Source of the DNA: Blastocladiella emersonii ATCC 22665
Lineage: Eukaryota; Fungi; Blastocladiomycota
Length of the DNA: 64,000 nt
Reading direction: 5' to 3'
Assembly: GCA_025594325.1 (NCBI GenBank)
Contig: JANHCV010000003.1
Coordinates: forward strand, 248,001 to 312,000
The notes beneath the pieces are model-generated. The model saw nothing but the letters and a program-made list of their open reading frames with translations. It did not search any database and had not been told where the DNA came from. Positions 13,164 to 24,033 of the stretch are shown piece by piece. The number at the start of each line of letters is the position of its first letter. Position 1 is the stretch's first letter. The translations under genes were made by a program, and so were the position numbers.

Positions 13164-13719
13164 ATGCCAGTCCCCTTCGAGGCCATCCTGCCGCTCGGCA
13201 TCATCGCCGGCATGTTCGCCGCCGCCGGCGCCGGCATCAACGCGCTCCAGCGCCAGAAGACCCTCGGCAAGGCACGGATCGCCGTCGTCGTCGATGTGTT
13301 CCCGCGGTCGCACTCGCGGGGCAGCGGGACCGTGTCGGGGATGTGGCCTCAGTCGCTGCCTCGAGAGTGCTGCCGCCGTGGGAGGGGAGATCGCACGTCG
13401 TTGCTGAGTTATGGGCTGACCTTGTCGCTGCCACCACCTCGACCTATAAACCGTCGCCCACCCGACTCGGAAACCCCACGCACTTTCCGGCCACCCGTGT
13501 AGCCCCCGCGTATCAACCTCGACCAGTGGGACCGCGCCATCATGGCCCGCAACGAGCGCCTGACCGGCCACGTCTACGGACAGTCGGTACGTCTTCGCCA
13601 CACCGCGAACCACGCATCGCCACTACTGATCCCCTTGATGTCCGCGTGCACAGGATGCAGTCGTCGCGCCAGACGAGTTCAGCCGGTCCGCGCCAGTGTT
13701 TGTGCGCAAGCTCTCGTGA
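13164..13719 (+). CDS. NDUFA1: NADH:ubiquinone oxidoreductase 1 alpha subunit 1 (fungal NIMM type), 3 exons
   Basis: MPVPFEAILPLGIIAGMFAAAGAGINALQ...GK | PPRINLDQWDRAIMARNERLTGHVYGQS | DAVVAPDEFS matches the fungal NDUFA1 pattern (PFE.l.P.g / lDqWDr.mm.R..rLTG..gQ). Confidence 0.85.
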
Positions 13720-14238
13720 GCTCGCTACCCTGTCTACATTTGCTCTCTCCACCTCTCTATTTCCCCACGCTCGATCGCTCGTCAGCGATCCCTCCCCCAC
13801 CCTCCCCTCGCCAACACGTCTGGATTTGAAACGAGCTCATCGCCCCGTCGCTCTCGCGCTACGCCGTGAGGACCGCTTCATGTCAGCAGTGAGCGGCGAT
13901 CGTTCGTGTCGCCATGCTGCGCGGGCAGTACCCTTCGCGCGCCATACCAACGCTGCACCGCGACGCTGAGGACGGGCTCGTGCGTGGGCACGGCTTGATT
14001 TGGGCGATGCTGTCCGTGAGGGATCCTCGGTGAGAGCAAGCCGCCAACTGCTGCGACGAACAAACTGCCGCCAAGGTGGGAGACAGCCGGGTCGGGTCGA
14101 CGCGTGCTGCAGCTGCGAGACGCGTGCGCTTGAGACACGCGTCCCCTTCAGCCCCACTCTCCTCCCCTCCTCCCCCTCAAAACCCACACTCCCATCTTCA
14201 CATGGATCTCTGCCGCGCCTCGACTTGATGCACCCGCC

Positions 14239-17200
14239 ATGTCGTTCCTCACGAAAAAGTTTGGTGGGGGCGGGAGCGCCAGCGGCGGTGGGAGCGGCGG
14301 CTCGGGCAACGGGCCGGGCGGGAAAAAGTCGCCGACCTCGCCGGCCTCGCACAACCACTCGGAGGGCCACCTCGTCAGCTTGAGCTCGCCCATGTCGCTG
14401 TCCGCATCGCCCACGCGCGCGTCAGGGAGTCTCGGATCGCGCGACCTCCTCGCCAGCAGCGCGTCGCCGGATACCGGATCGGCGCACAGTTTGATCCCCG
14501 ACGAGACGGAGCTCGACGCGCGGTTCGCGCAGGTCGTGGTGCGTATCGTTAGCGTGGGTGGTGGGTGAAGAGGGTCGAAGTTGACGGGGGTGGGAGTATG
14601 TAGCGCGAGATGGGCCTCTCGTCCGAAAAGGCCACGGCCATGTTCAACATGCCCAAGGAGAAGAAGTGGAAGCTCATCAGCCAGATGGCCCAGACGTCCG
14701 TGGTACGTTGGCGCGTTTACGCCGTGGAAGTGCGCGGGAAGCTGACTAACCATCGTCGCGCGCCGTAGAGCCCGACCGACAACTCGAAGCGCAAGTCGGC
14801 CATCGACGCGCTCGAGCAGCTGCGCAAGTCGCTTGCCAACCCCGACTGCACCCCGCAGAGCCTCGCGCAGATCCTCAACGGGCTCGAGATCTCCATGCGC
14901 ACCGAGGCCGTCAGGTACGGCCGCGGCGCGCTCCGCTTGCTGATCCATGAACTGACCCCCCACCCGCCCGCCCGCCGCGTAGCTGGGTCCTCGAGTTCCT
15001 GTCGCTCAACGGGCTCAGCCACCTGTTCCAGATCATGCACGCGCACGGGTCGCGCGCGTACGTGTCACACGCCGAGTGCAACGTGATGCTGCACTGCGTG
15101 CGGTGCATCAAAGCCACGGTCAACATTGGTCAGGGTCTGTCGTCGTTCCTCGAGCACGAGAACGCTATCGTCCTGCTCGCGTGCTGCTACCCGGTGTGGG
15201 ACTTCGGCGAGCCGTCCATTGTGCACATCAAGAAGGCGGTGCTCGAGCTCATGGCCATCTTCTGCTTCGTGCCCAACGGCCACGGCGCGGTTCTCGCCGC
15301 GTTTGCGCACTACACCAAGCAGAAAAAGGAACCGTTCCGGTTCGCGACGATTCTGCGCGACCTCGACGCGTACGACGACGACTTCAAGCGCACCGCGCTC
15401 ACTTTTGTGAATGCCGTGGTCAACTCGCCGCGCGAGCTCGCCGACCGCATCGCGCTCCGGTTCGAGTTCATGGACGGCGGCCTCATGGCGTCGCTCGACC
15501 AGCTCAAGTCGCTCCCCGACGGCGAGCTGCAGACCCAGGTCGGCATCTTCACCGAGGAGGCCGAGTTCGACGCGTCGCAGTCGCCCGGCGTGACCTGGCC
15601 TATGCCCGACCATCTCGATACCGCGGAACTCGTCGACCACCTCGAGGCCCTCGACAACCGCGCCAAATCCCTCGCCGTCCAGTTCCTCGCCAAGTTCACC
15701 GTGTTCCCCGCCGACCCGCCGCGACGCATCCGCCGCCTCATCGTCCTCAACCAGGTCATCAACCACCTCGCCAGCGACGCGTACATGGCCGCGGCAAGGA
15801 ACACCATGTTCGTCGAGGTGCCCAGCCCCGAGGCCGAGGCTGCCCTCGCCGACGCAAAACGCGAACTCGAAGACGTCAAGCGCAAGCTTTCGGCCGCCGC
15901 CGCCGACGTCGCCCGTGCCGAGGATACCGCCCGCGCGACCATGGCCACGATCGCCCCGCTCGAGCGCGACCGCGCTGCACTGCGCAACGAGGTGGCCGAG
16001 CTCACCGCCCAGGTCAAGCGCGAGCGCGACGCGGCCGAGGCGGCCACCGCCAGCGCCAAGGCTGCGGCTGAGACCGCGCGCGCGGAGGCCGTCAAGGAGT
16101 ACGAGACCGTGCGGGTCCGGCTCGAGGCCGAGCGCGCCGCGCTCGAGAAACGCATCGCCGAGCTCGAAGCGCGGTCCACCTCGGGCGCCGCCGTACCCGC
16201 GATCCCGGCCGCGGCTGCCGCCAGTGGCGCGGTCCAGATCCCGAGCGACGTGAATCCGACGCAGCTCGACTGGTCCCGCATCCCGGCACTCGACGCGCTC
16301 GACGCGCCAATCAAGGCCGCGATACAGGCGCTCATCAAGAAGGCCGCCGAGTCGGCTCCGCCCGCACCCACGTCCGCGGCGGCGAGCCGCATGGTCGTCT
16401 CGGGCAACGCGCCCCCGCCGCCGCCACCGCCGCCGGTCATGGGCGGAGGAGGTGGTGGTGGTGCACCGCCCCCGCCTCCACCACCTCCCGTCATGGGCGG
16501 CAGCGCGCCGCCGCCTCCACCTCCACCGCCGCCGCCGCCACAGGGTATGAGCGGTGGACCGCCTCCGCCGCCACCACCACCTCCGCCGCCGCCCGGTATG
16601 CACGGTGGACCGCCGCCTCCCCCGCCACCTCCTCCGCCACCGGGTATGAGCGGCGGCCCACCTCCCCCACCCCCGCCTCCGCCAGGCATGAGCGGCGGCC
16701 CACCGCCGCCGCCTCCACCACCCGGCATGAGCGGCGGTCCCCCTCCGCCGCCACCACCACCCGGCGGTCCGCGCCCACCTCCGCCGCCCGGCGGCATGCC
16801 CTCCGGCCCGCCGCCGCCGCCCAAGAAGCCCGACCCGAAGCCGAGCGTCAAGGTGCGCAACCTGACGTGGAGCAAGCTGCCGGCGAACGCGACCAAGGCG
16901 ACGATCTGGAAGTCGCTCGCGTCTGCGTCCGGGCCTGACGTCGACGTGGCGCTCGATCTCAAGGAGGTCGAGACGCTGTTCGCCATGGCGACCCCCGCGG
17001 CGACCGCCGTCGAGACGAAACCCCGCTCGGGGTCCGTCGCCGGCGACGCGGCGCGGCCCGCGGCCAAGCTGTCGCTGATCGACTCGAAGAAGGCGTACAA
17101 CCTGTCGATCATGTCGTCGCGGCTGAAGCAGACGTTCGGCGAGATCCGCGACGCGATCATGCACGCCGACGACGCGAAGCTGGACCTGCAGCTGCTGACG

Positions 17201-18535
17201 TCGATCAAGGCCAACGCGCCGACGCCCGACGACGAGCAGGCGCTCGCCGAGTACCTGGTCCCGGGCAACGCGGCGCGCGTCGCCGCGGAACTCGACCGGC
17301 CCGACCAGTTCCTGTGCGCGCTCCTCGCCGTCCCGCGCGTCGAGGCACGCATCGATTGTCTCATCTTCAAGCGCAAGCTCGGCGAGCGGCTCGAGGAGCT
17401 CGCGCCCATGGCGGCCGCGGTGCGCGGTGGGTCGGATGCCGTGGTCGGGAGCAAGGGGCTCAAGAAGACGCTCAAGCTGCTCCTCACGCTCGGTAACTTT
17501 GTCAACGCCGGGTCGTTCCGCGGGAACGCGCAGGGGTTCGGGATCGATTTGCTGAGCAAGGTACGCAAGGGGTGGGGTTGCGAGGAGGGTGATGGCGAGC
17601 TGACGAATTTCGTGGGAGTGTAGCTCAACGAGGTCAAGATCAACGGGCCGGGCAAGCAGACGCTGCTCAACTACGTGGCCACGGTGCTCAAGGACGACGT
17701 GGCCGCGCTCGAGACCGAGCTCGCGTGTCTCGACAAGGCGGCGCGCGGTACGCTCTCCCCCTCCCCCCTCCCTCGCTCTACAAACCCCACTCACCATTAC
17801 CGCCGCCATCTAGTCTCCATCACGACACTCCAACAAGAAGTCCGCGAAGTCGCCCAAGGCTTCGCGAAAGTCGAGTCCGAGGTCAAGGAGCACGACCCGG
17901 GCACCGCCTTCCACACGGCGCTCGCCACCTTTGTCGCGAGCAACGCGGCCGCCGTCGCCGAGCTCGCCGCGCAGACCGACGCCGCCGCCACCGCATTCAC
18001 GGCCGCCGTCGAGGCGTTCGGCGAGGACCCCGTCACCGCGACCCCCGAGTCGTTCTTCTCCCTGTTCAAGGGGTTCGTCGCGGCCGTCGCCAAGGCTGCC
18101 AAGGAGAACGCGGCGCGCGAGGCCAAGGAGGCCAAGGCCGCGGCGGCGGCGGCGACAGTGAAGCCGGGGACCGCGACGCCGCCGCCCGCGGTCATCGGTG
18201 CCAAGAAGCCCGGCTCCAGCCCGCTCAAACCTCCCACCGCGGCTACCAAGGCACCCGCACCCGCCGCCGCCGTCGCCGCGCCCGCGGCGCCCGAGATCCC
18301 GACCCTGTCTCTCCCACACGGCAACGACATCGCCGCGTCGTCCACGGTCCCCTCGCTCGCGCGGTCGGGCGGCAGCGCGAGCAGCGTCGACGACCGCAAG
18401 GGCGTGGCCGACGAGCTGCTGTCGTCGCTCAAGTCGGGCGACGCGTTCAAGCGGCGGCGCGACACGAGCTCGCGCGAGGCCGGGGACGCGGCGCGCGAGA
18501 TGGTCAGGAAGATGCGCGAACAGCAGCCGTCGTAA
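14239..18535 (+). CDS. Diaphanous-related formin (GBD/FH3, coiled coil, FH1, FH2, DAD-like tail), multi-exon
   Basis: GBD exon REMGLSSEKATAMFNMPKEKKWKLI; FH3 ALTFVNAVVNSPRELADRIALRFEF; poly-Pro FH1; FH2 VRNLTWSKLP, LIDSKKAYNLSI, LLTLGNFVNAGSFRGNAQGF, FGEDP...PESFFSLF; tail GVADELLSSLKSGDAFKRRR. Confidence 0.92.
16410..16822 (+). repeat. FH1 poly-proline coding repeats (GMSGGPPPPPPPP units)
   Basis: About ten poly-Pro runs separated by MGG/MSGG/MHGG spacers within the formin CDS. Confidence 0.85.
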
Positions 18536-18596
18536 GATGGTGGGGTATATGTGCTCAAAAAAGGTTGTTGTTAGCTGATCGGTGGTCGGTGGTGTG

Positions 18597-20101
18597 CTAG
18601 GGCAGCGAGAGCGTCAGCGGGTCGGCCAGCTGCGCGGCGAGCTCGGGCGATGTGCACAGCAGCGCCATCACGTCCTACACGCCGGGCGAGTCGACGTGAG
18701 CGAGGCGGACCGAGGCGATGGACGAGTCGTCGTACCTGCTTGCACAGCGGGCACACGCGCGCGAGCTGGAGCCAGTGGAGCAGGCACCCGGAGCAAAAGT
18801 GGTGCTTGCACGGCAGCCGCAGGACCTGCTGCCCCGCGGCGTACTCGTCGAGGCACACGACGCAGAACGCGTCGTCCGGGTCGAGCCGCAGCACACCTTC
18901 GTCGTCGGGATCGGGGTCGGGGACCGGAACGGCCACGGCTGTCGTGAACGAGTCGAGCGAGGCCGCGTCATCGTCGCTGGCCGCGGCTGCGGTGTCGGTG
19001 ATGCGCGGCACGTACACGAGCGTCGGGATCAGCTCGAGCGCCGCCGGCTTGACACCGCGCGCGCGCGTCGCCGAGGCCGCCGCCGCCGCCGCCGAGGCCG
19101 CCGCCGCCGCCGCCGCGGCAAACTCCTGGGTGCGGAACTCCTCCATGGCGCGCAGCAGATCGTCGGCCGTGACGCCCACGTACCCGTCCTGCTGCTGCGC
19201 GTGCTGATACTGCTGCATGGGCGCGAGGCGCGACTGCAGGCTCGTGGACCGGATGTGCTTGAGCAGCCACGGCAGGAAGGTGAAGGCGAAGGCGTTAAGG
19301 ACCACGGGCGTCGTGAGGTGCACGTAGTATAGCCCGACCCACAGCCACAGGCTGCCGACGAGGATCGGGTTTGGGCAGGTCGGGGCGAAGAAGAGCCAGT
19401 AGTGCGCGTTGATGAAGAGGAACGGCGCGGCGAAGTTGGCGGTTGCGCGGAGGCTATGGAGCGGTGGTTAGCGTCGTGGTCGTGGGCGAGCCGAGTTGAC
19501 GACGTACCTTGCCGCAAGCGACCGCGCAGGCACCCTCGTCTCAGCCGCGACTGCCGCCGCCGACGCCGCCGACGCGCTCGTGCGCGTCCTCGCCAACCGA
19601 TTCCTGCGCGCCTGGTGGATCGCGACGGGGTACGCAAAGATGGTGACGAGCGTGACGGCGAGCACGAACGCCTGGTGGATGACGAGCGGGCGGCAGTTAG
19701 GCGCCGGGCTCGGGTCCAGGATCCCCCACAAGGCGAGGCCGGCGTGCACCGCGTCGGTGAAGACGTGCGCGAACAGGTACCACGGCGACGCGTGCAGCTT
19801 GCGCAGCCAGTGCGTCACGATCGCCACGGACATGGTGCGGCGCGCGGACCGGGCTTCGGCGCGGGCGACTGTGGAGGGTGGGCGAGGTGAGATGGAGGTG
19901 ATGGGGACGGTGTTGGAGGGTAGAGAGCATACACAGGACGCGAGGGGTCCGGAGCGATGCTGAACGGCTCAGCATGACGGGTTCAAGTGGTGCTTCTGTT
20001 GGAGCAGGTGGAGTAGCAGTACCGGCTCCAAGGTCGACGCCGCCGCCGTCCGCGGGCTCGCGCAGAGGGATCCATGAGCCGTCGTCGCGTCGGTTGTCCA
20101 T
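18597..20101 (-). CDS. Transmembrane RING-H2 E3 ubiquitin ligase, multi-exon
   Basis: CVVCLDEYAAGQQVLRLPCKHHFCSGCLLHWLQLARVCPLCKQ (C3H2C3); several hydrophobic segments upstream; ATG at 20101 (MDNRRDD); last exon DVMALLC...LSLP*. Confidence 0.8.
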
Positions 20102-20385
20102 GGCCGGGATCGTGCTTACATGCAAGGGTTCAATTCATGGCAGGGAGAGAGCGAGGACGGCGGGCGAGGCCCTGCCTCTATCAAGTGCGTCAACCCATGG
20201 AGGAAAAGGGAAGGGAGGGGCCCCTCGGCGGCGCAGCTGGCACCACTTGAGAGGGTGAGGGCACCTTCCCTCCCTGGCAGCCGCGCCGATCGACGCGCGC
20301 GACGCGTTCCGCTCGCGTGACCGCGGACCGAGCCTGAAACCGCCGGCTCCGCTCGCGCGCGGTCCCCGCTCCCGACCCGTAAACC

Positions 20386-21250
20386 ATGGCGTCGCGCAGG
20401 AAAAAAGTACCGCATGCACCGACTCCATGCAATGTAACCCATGAATGGCCCCCGCTCACGCACCCCACCCGCCGTGCCCCGCCGCGGCTAGGGCGTGCAA
20501 CTGATCCTGCCCATCGTCTACGGCAACGAGGCGAGCAAGCTGCCCGACGGCGCGCCCGAGATGGAGCAGGGCCACACGCACCGCTGGCGCATCTACGTGT
20601 GCGGGCCCAACGGCGAGGACGTGTCGTACTTTGTCAAGAAGGTCGTCATCCGCCTGCACGAGAGTTTTGTGAATGCCGCGCGCGGTACGTCGCTCCTGTG
20701 TTCTCGCTGTACTGCGCCCTCCGTCTCACCGTATCCCGTAAACAGTCCTCGAGCAGCCGCCCTTCGAGGTCATCGAGACCGGGTGGGGCGAGTTCGAGAC
20801 CCTCATCTCCATCCACCTGCACGACTTCTCCGAGAAGCCCGTCAAGATGGCCCACATGCTGCGCCTGTTCCCGCCCGAGGGCGAGCCGCCCGTCCCCGCC
20901 GACCCGGCGCGCCCCGGCATGCTCGTCACTGAGCGCTTCGACGAGATCATCGTCAACGAGCCCACCGAGGCCTTTTACGAGACCGTCGTCAACAACCTCG
21001 GCCGGTCGTACCCGCTCGCCGGGCCCGTGTGGAGTACGCTTTTTCGCTGCGTTGCGCGATGTTGTCGGTACTCACCCGAGAGCGTGTAGATCGCACCACC
21101 GAGGCCGATGAGATCGCACGCCTGCAGTCCGCCATCGACACGGTCCAGGGCCAGATCAAGGCGTACCAGGACCGCATACAGCAGCGCGACGCCGAGCTCG
21201 CCGCCATGAAGCGCGAGTCGGCCATGGGTCTCGACGGCGGACACCGCTAG
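20386..21250 (+). CDS. YAF9: YEATS-domain protein Yaf9/GAS41, multi-exon
   Basis: PIVYGNEA, HTHRWRIYV, DVSYFVKKVVIRLHESF, PPFEVIETGWGEF, ERFDEIIVNEP and a C-terminal coiled coil. Confidence 0.88.
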
Positions 21251-21288
21251 CTAACCCAAATACACATGTAAAGAGTCTTCTATCCCCT

Positions 21289-21817
21289 TCAAGCACTATC
21301 CTCGACAACCGCCGCCAGCTGCTCAATCTCGGCGCGGATCGCGAGCTCGTCGAGCATCTCGCCGAGCCGGTGGCCCGCCACCACCCCCACGAGGTCGTGG
21401 ATCGTCAGCCCGATGCGGTGGTCCGTGACGCGGCCCTGCGGGTAGTTGTAGGTGCGGATCCGCTCGGACCGGTCGCCCGTCCCGATCTGCGACCGGCGCG
21501 CGTCGCGGCGCGCCGCGTTCGCGCGCTGCCGCTCCAGGTCGTACAGCTTGGCCCGCAGGATGCTCATGGCCTTGGCCTTGTTCTTGTGCTGCGAACGCTC
21601 GTCCTGGATCGCCACCACGAGCCCCGTCGGCAGGTGCGTGACGCGGACCGCCGACTCGGTCGTGTTGACGTGCTGGCCGCCCGCGCCCGACGCACGGTAC
21701 ACGTCGATGCGCAGATCCTTTTCAGGGACATCCACCAGTTTCTCCACCTGCTCGGGCAGCGGCAGGATCGCCACCGTCACCGTCGACGTGTGGATCCGCC
21801 CCTGCGACTCGGTCTCG

Positions 21818-21850
<33 letters not shown>

Positions 21851-22617
21851 AACTTGAGCTTGCGGAACACACCGGGCCCCGAGATCGTCGCCGTTGCGTC
21901 CTTGAACCCGCCGCTGTCCGCCGCGCTCACGTGCGCCTCCTTCCACCGCCACGCCTGCAGCTGCGCGTACGTCTCGTACATGGCAAACAGGTCGCGCGCG
22001 AACAGCGCCGCCTCGGACCCGCCGGCGCCCGCGCGCACCTCGAGCACCGCGGACCCTTCGTCCGCCAGGTCTTTCGGCAGCAGGTGCGCGATCAGCGCGC
22101 GCGCGCTCGTCTCTAGCGCCGCGTTCAGCTCGTCGTGCTCCTCCTGCGCCATGGCCCGCATCTCCGGGTCCCCCAGCAGCACGGCCACGTCCGCCAGCGC
22201 CTCCTGCGTCGACCGGAACGCCGCGTACTCGTCCGCGACGGGCGCCAGGTCGCTCAGGTCCCGCGACAGCTGCGCGATCCGGCCCGAGTCGCGCTCCTCG
22301 GTCAGCGCGTCCTGCAGCGCGCGGACTTTGGCGCCCATCGACTCGAGCCGCGCCGTGATCTTCGGGTTCGTCAGAAGCGTCACGGGGCTCACTGGACGGG
22401 GGCCGCAAGCGGTTAGGGATCGGCGCTACGGGGAGTTTTACGGGGTAGCGCGCATACCCTCAGAGTCGCCCGAGTCCTCGGCGGCGGCGAACCGGGGCCG
22501 CGACGTGCTCAGGGCCCGCGCCTGGACCGCGGTCGCGGTCGCCGACACGGCGTGCGCGAGGCACCGCGGCCGGAATGCATGCAGCGCGGCAGCGGCTCGC
22601 GCGAACGTTGGATACAT
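21289..22617 (-). CDS. MRF1: Mitochondrial peptide chain release factor 1 (intron 22392-22457)
   Basis: [48 protein letters not shown] (PxT RF1 motif), RASGAGGQHVNTTESAVR (GGQ), RSERIRTYNYPQGRVTDHRI; Arg/Ala-rich presequence-like first exon. Confidence 0.93.
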
Positions 22618-22834
22618 GGTTTACTGGCTGGGTAGCGTACAACGGTGGTGAGTTGTTGATCTCGAAAGTGTGGCTCAGGCTCGGCGTAGCGACGGGTCAG
22701 CCGCACTCAGGTGACTGAAATCATCACCGACCCCTCGATCCACCGACACCGCGTCCTCGACCGCCATCGTTGACGGCGACGAAGGCATTGCCAGAAACGG
22801 AATCCACGCAGTCACTGCAACGTAAATCAACACC

Positions 22835-23833
22835 ATGCTTCGGAGGGACACGCGCCTGCGCAAGGAGTACTTGTACCGCAAGGCCAACGAGCAGCAGGAG
22901 CAGGCCACGTTTGAGAAGAAGCAGAAGATCAAGGCTGCGCTCGACTGTATGCTTGGACTCGACATGATGAATTGGTGGGGGCGATTTGTAACACGCGAGC
23001 CCGCCGTGTGTAGCCGGAAAGCCCATCCCGCACGACCTGCGCGACGAGTCGGCCCAGTTCCGCCAGGACCTGCTCTACGATGACGCTCAGGAGGGTACGT
23101 GACCTTCACGCGTCTGCCCGATTGCTGGTTCGGGTTGCTGATGCGATAGCAATCCCGTGTAGCGCCAACGACGCACGAGGACGACGAGTACGCGCGGGCC
23201 GGCGAGTCGGACCCGAAGATCCTGATTACCACGTCGCGCGACCCGTCGTCGCGGCTGCTGCAGTTTGCCAAGGAGATGAAGCTCGTGTTCCCGAACTCGC
23301 AGCGCATGAACCGCGGTGGCTACGTGATGAAGGACATTGTCGACGCGTGCAAGGCCAACGAGGTGACGGACCTGGTCGTGTTCCACGAGCACCGCGGGCA
23401 GCCCGACGGGATGCTGGTGTGCCACTTCCCCTACGGGCCCACGGCGTACTTCACCCTGCACAACGTGGTGCTGCGCCACGACATTGCCGACAAGGGCACC
23501 GTGTCCGAGGCGTACCCGCACCTCATCTTCAACGCCTTCGAGTCCAAGCTCGGCCAGCGGTGCATGAACATCCTCAAGCACCTGTTCCCCGTGCCCAAGG
23601 AGGACTCGAAGCGCGTCATGACCTTTGCCAACCAGGACGACTTCATCTCGTTCCGCCACCACGTCTACTACCCGACGTCGCACAAGGCTGTCGAGATCGC
23701 CGAGGTCGGCCCGCGCTTCGAGGCACGCCTCTACGAGATCCGTCTCGGCACCGTCGACATGAAGGAGGCCGACGTCGAGTGGGCCCTCCGCCCCTACCAC
23801 CGCACCGCACGCAAGCGCGAGATGCTCGCGTAG
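22835..23833 (+). CDS. IMP4: U3 snoRNP protein Imp4 (Brix domain), multi-exon
   Basis: [16 protein letters not shown]; [36 protein letters not shown]; [23 protein letters not shown]; [17 protein letters not shown]. Confidence 0.95.
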
Positions 23834-24033
23834 CGGAACTCTGTACATTTCTTGCGATTGCCTCGCCCTATATAAAGATCTTAGCTGCCAACCCAACCGC
23901 GTTTCCGTGACTTGCGTGTCCCAAGTGTTCCGTGTCTCAGTAGAGCGCCAGCTTGAGCGCTGTCTCGAGTGAGACGCGTCGCCCCGCCGAGCTTTCCCAC
24001 TCCGACCGCTCACGACCCGCTCATGTAAAACGA

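Noticed and set aside
15065-17809. Very long antisense or alternate-frame ORFs (e.g. 914 aa and 786 aa opposite the formin, 940 aa at 44694-47516, 589 aa at 40070-41839, 561 aa at 51774-53459)
   Set aside because: They are shadows of real genes. Extreme GC3 bias depletes stop codons in other frames, and the translations are Arg/Gly/Ala-rich with no domain motifs.
12880-22835. Head-to-head gene pairs with 220-285-bp spacers (CobW/NDUFA1, RING/YAF9, MRF1/IMP4)
   Set aside because: Expected in a compact fungal genome; no functional link between the partners.
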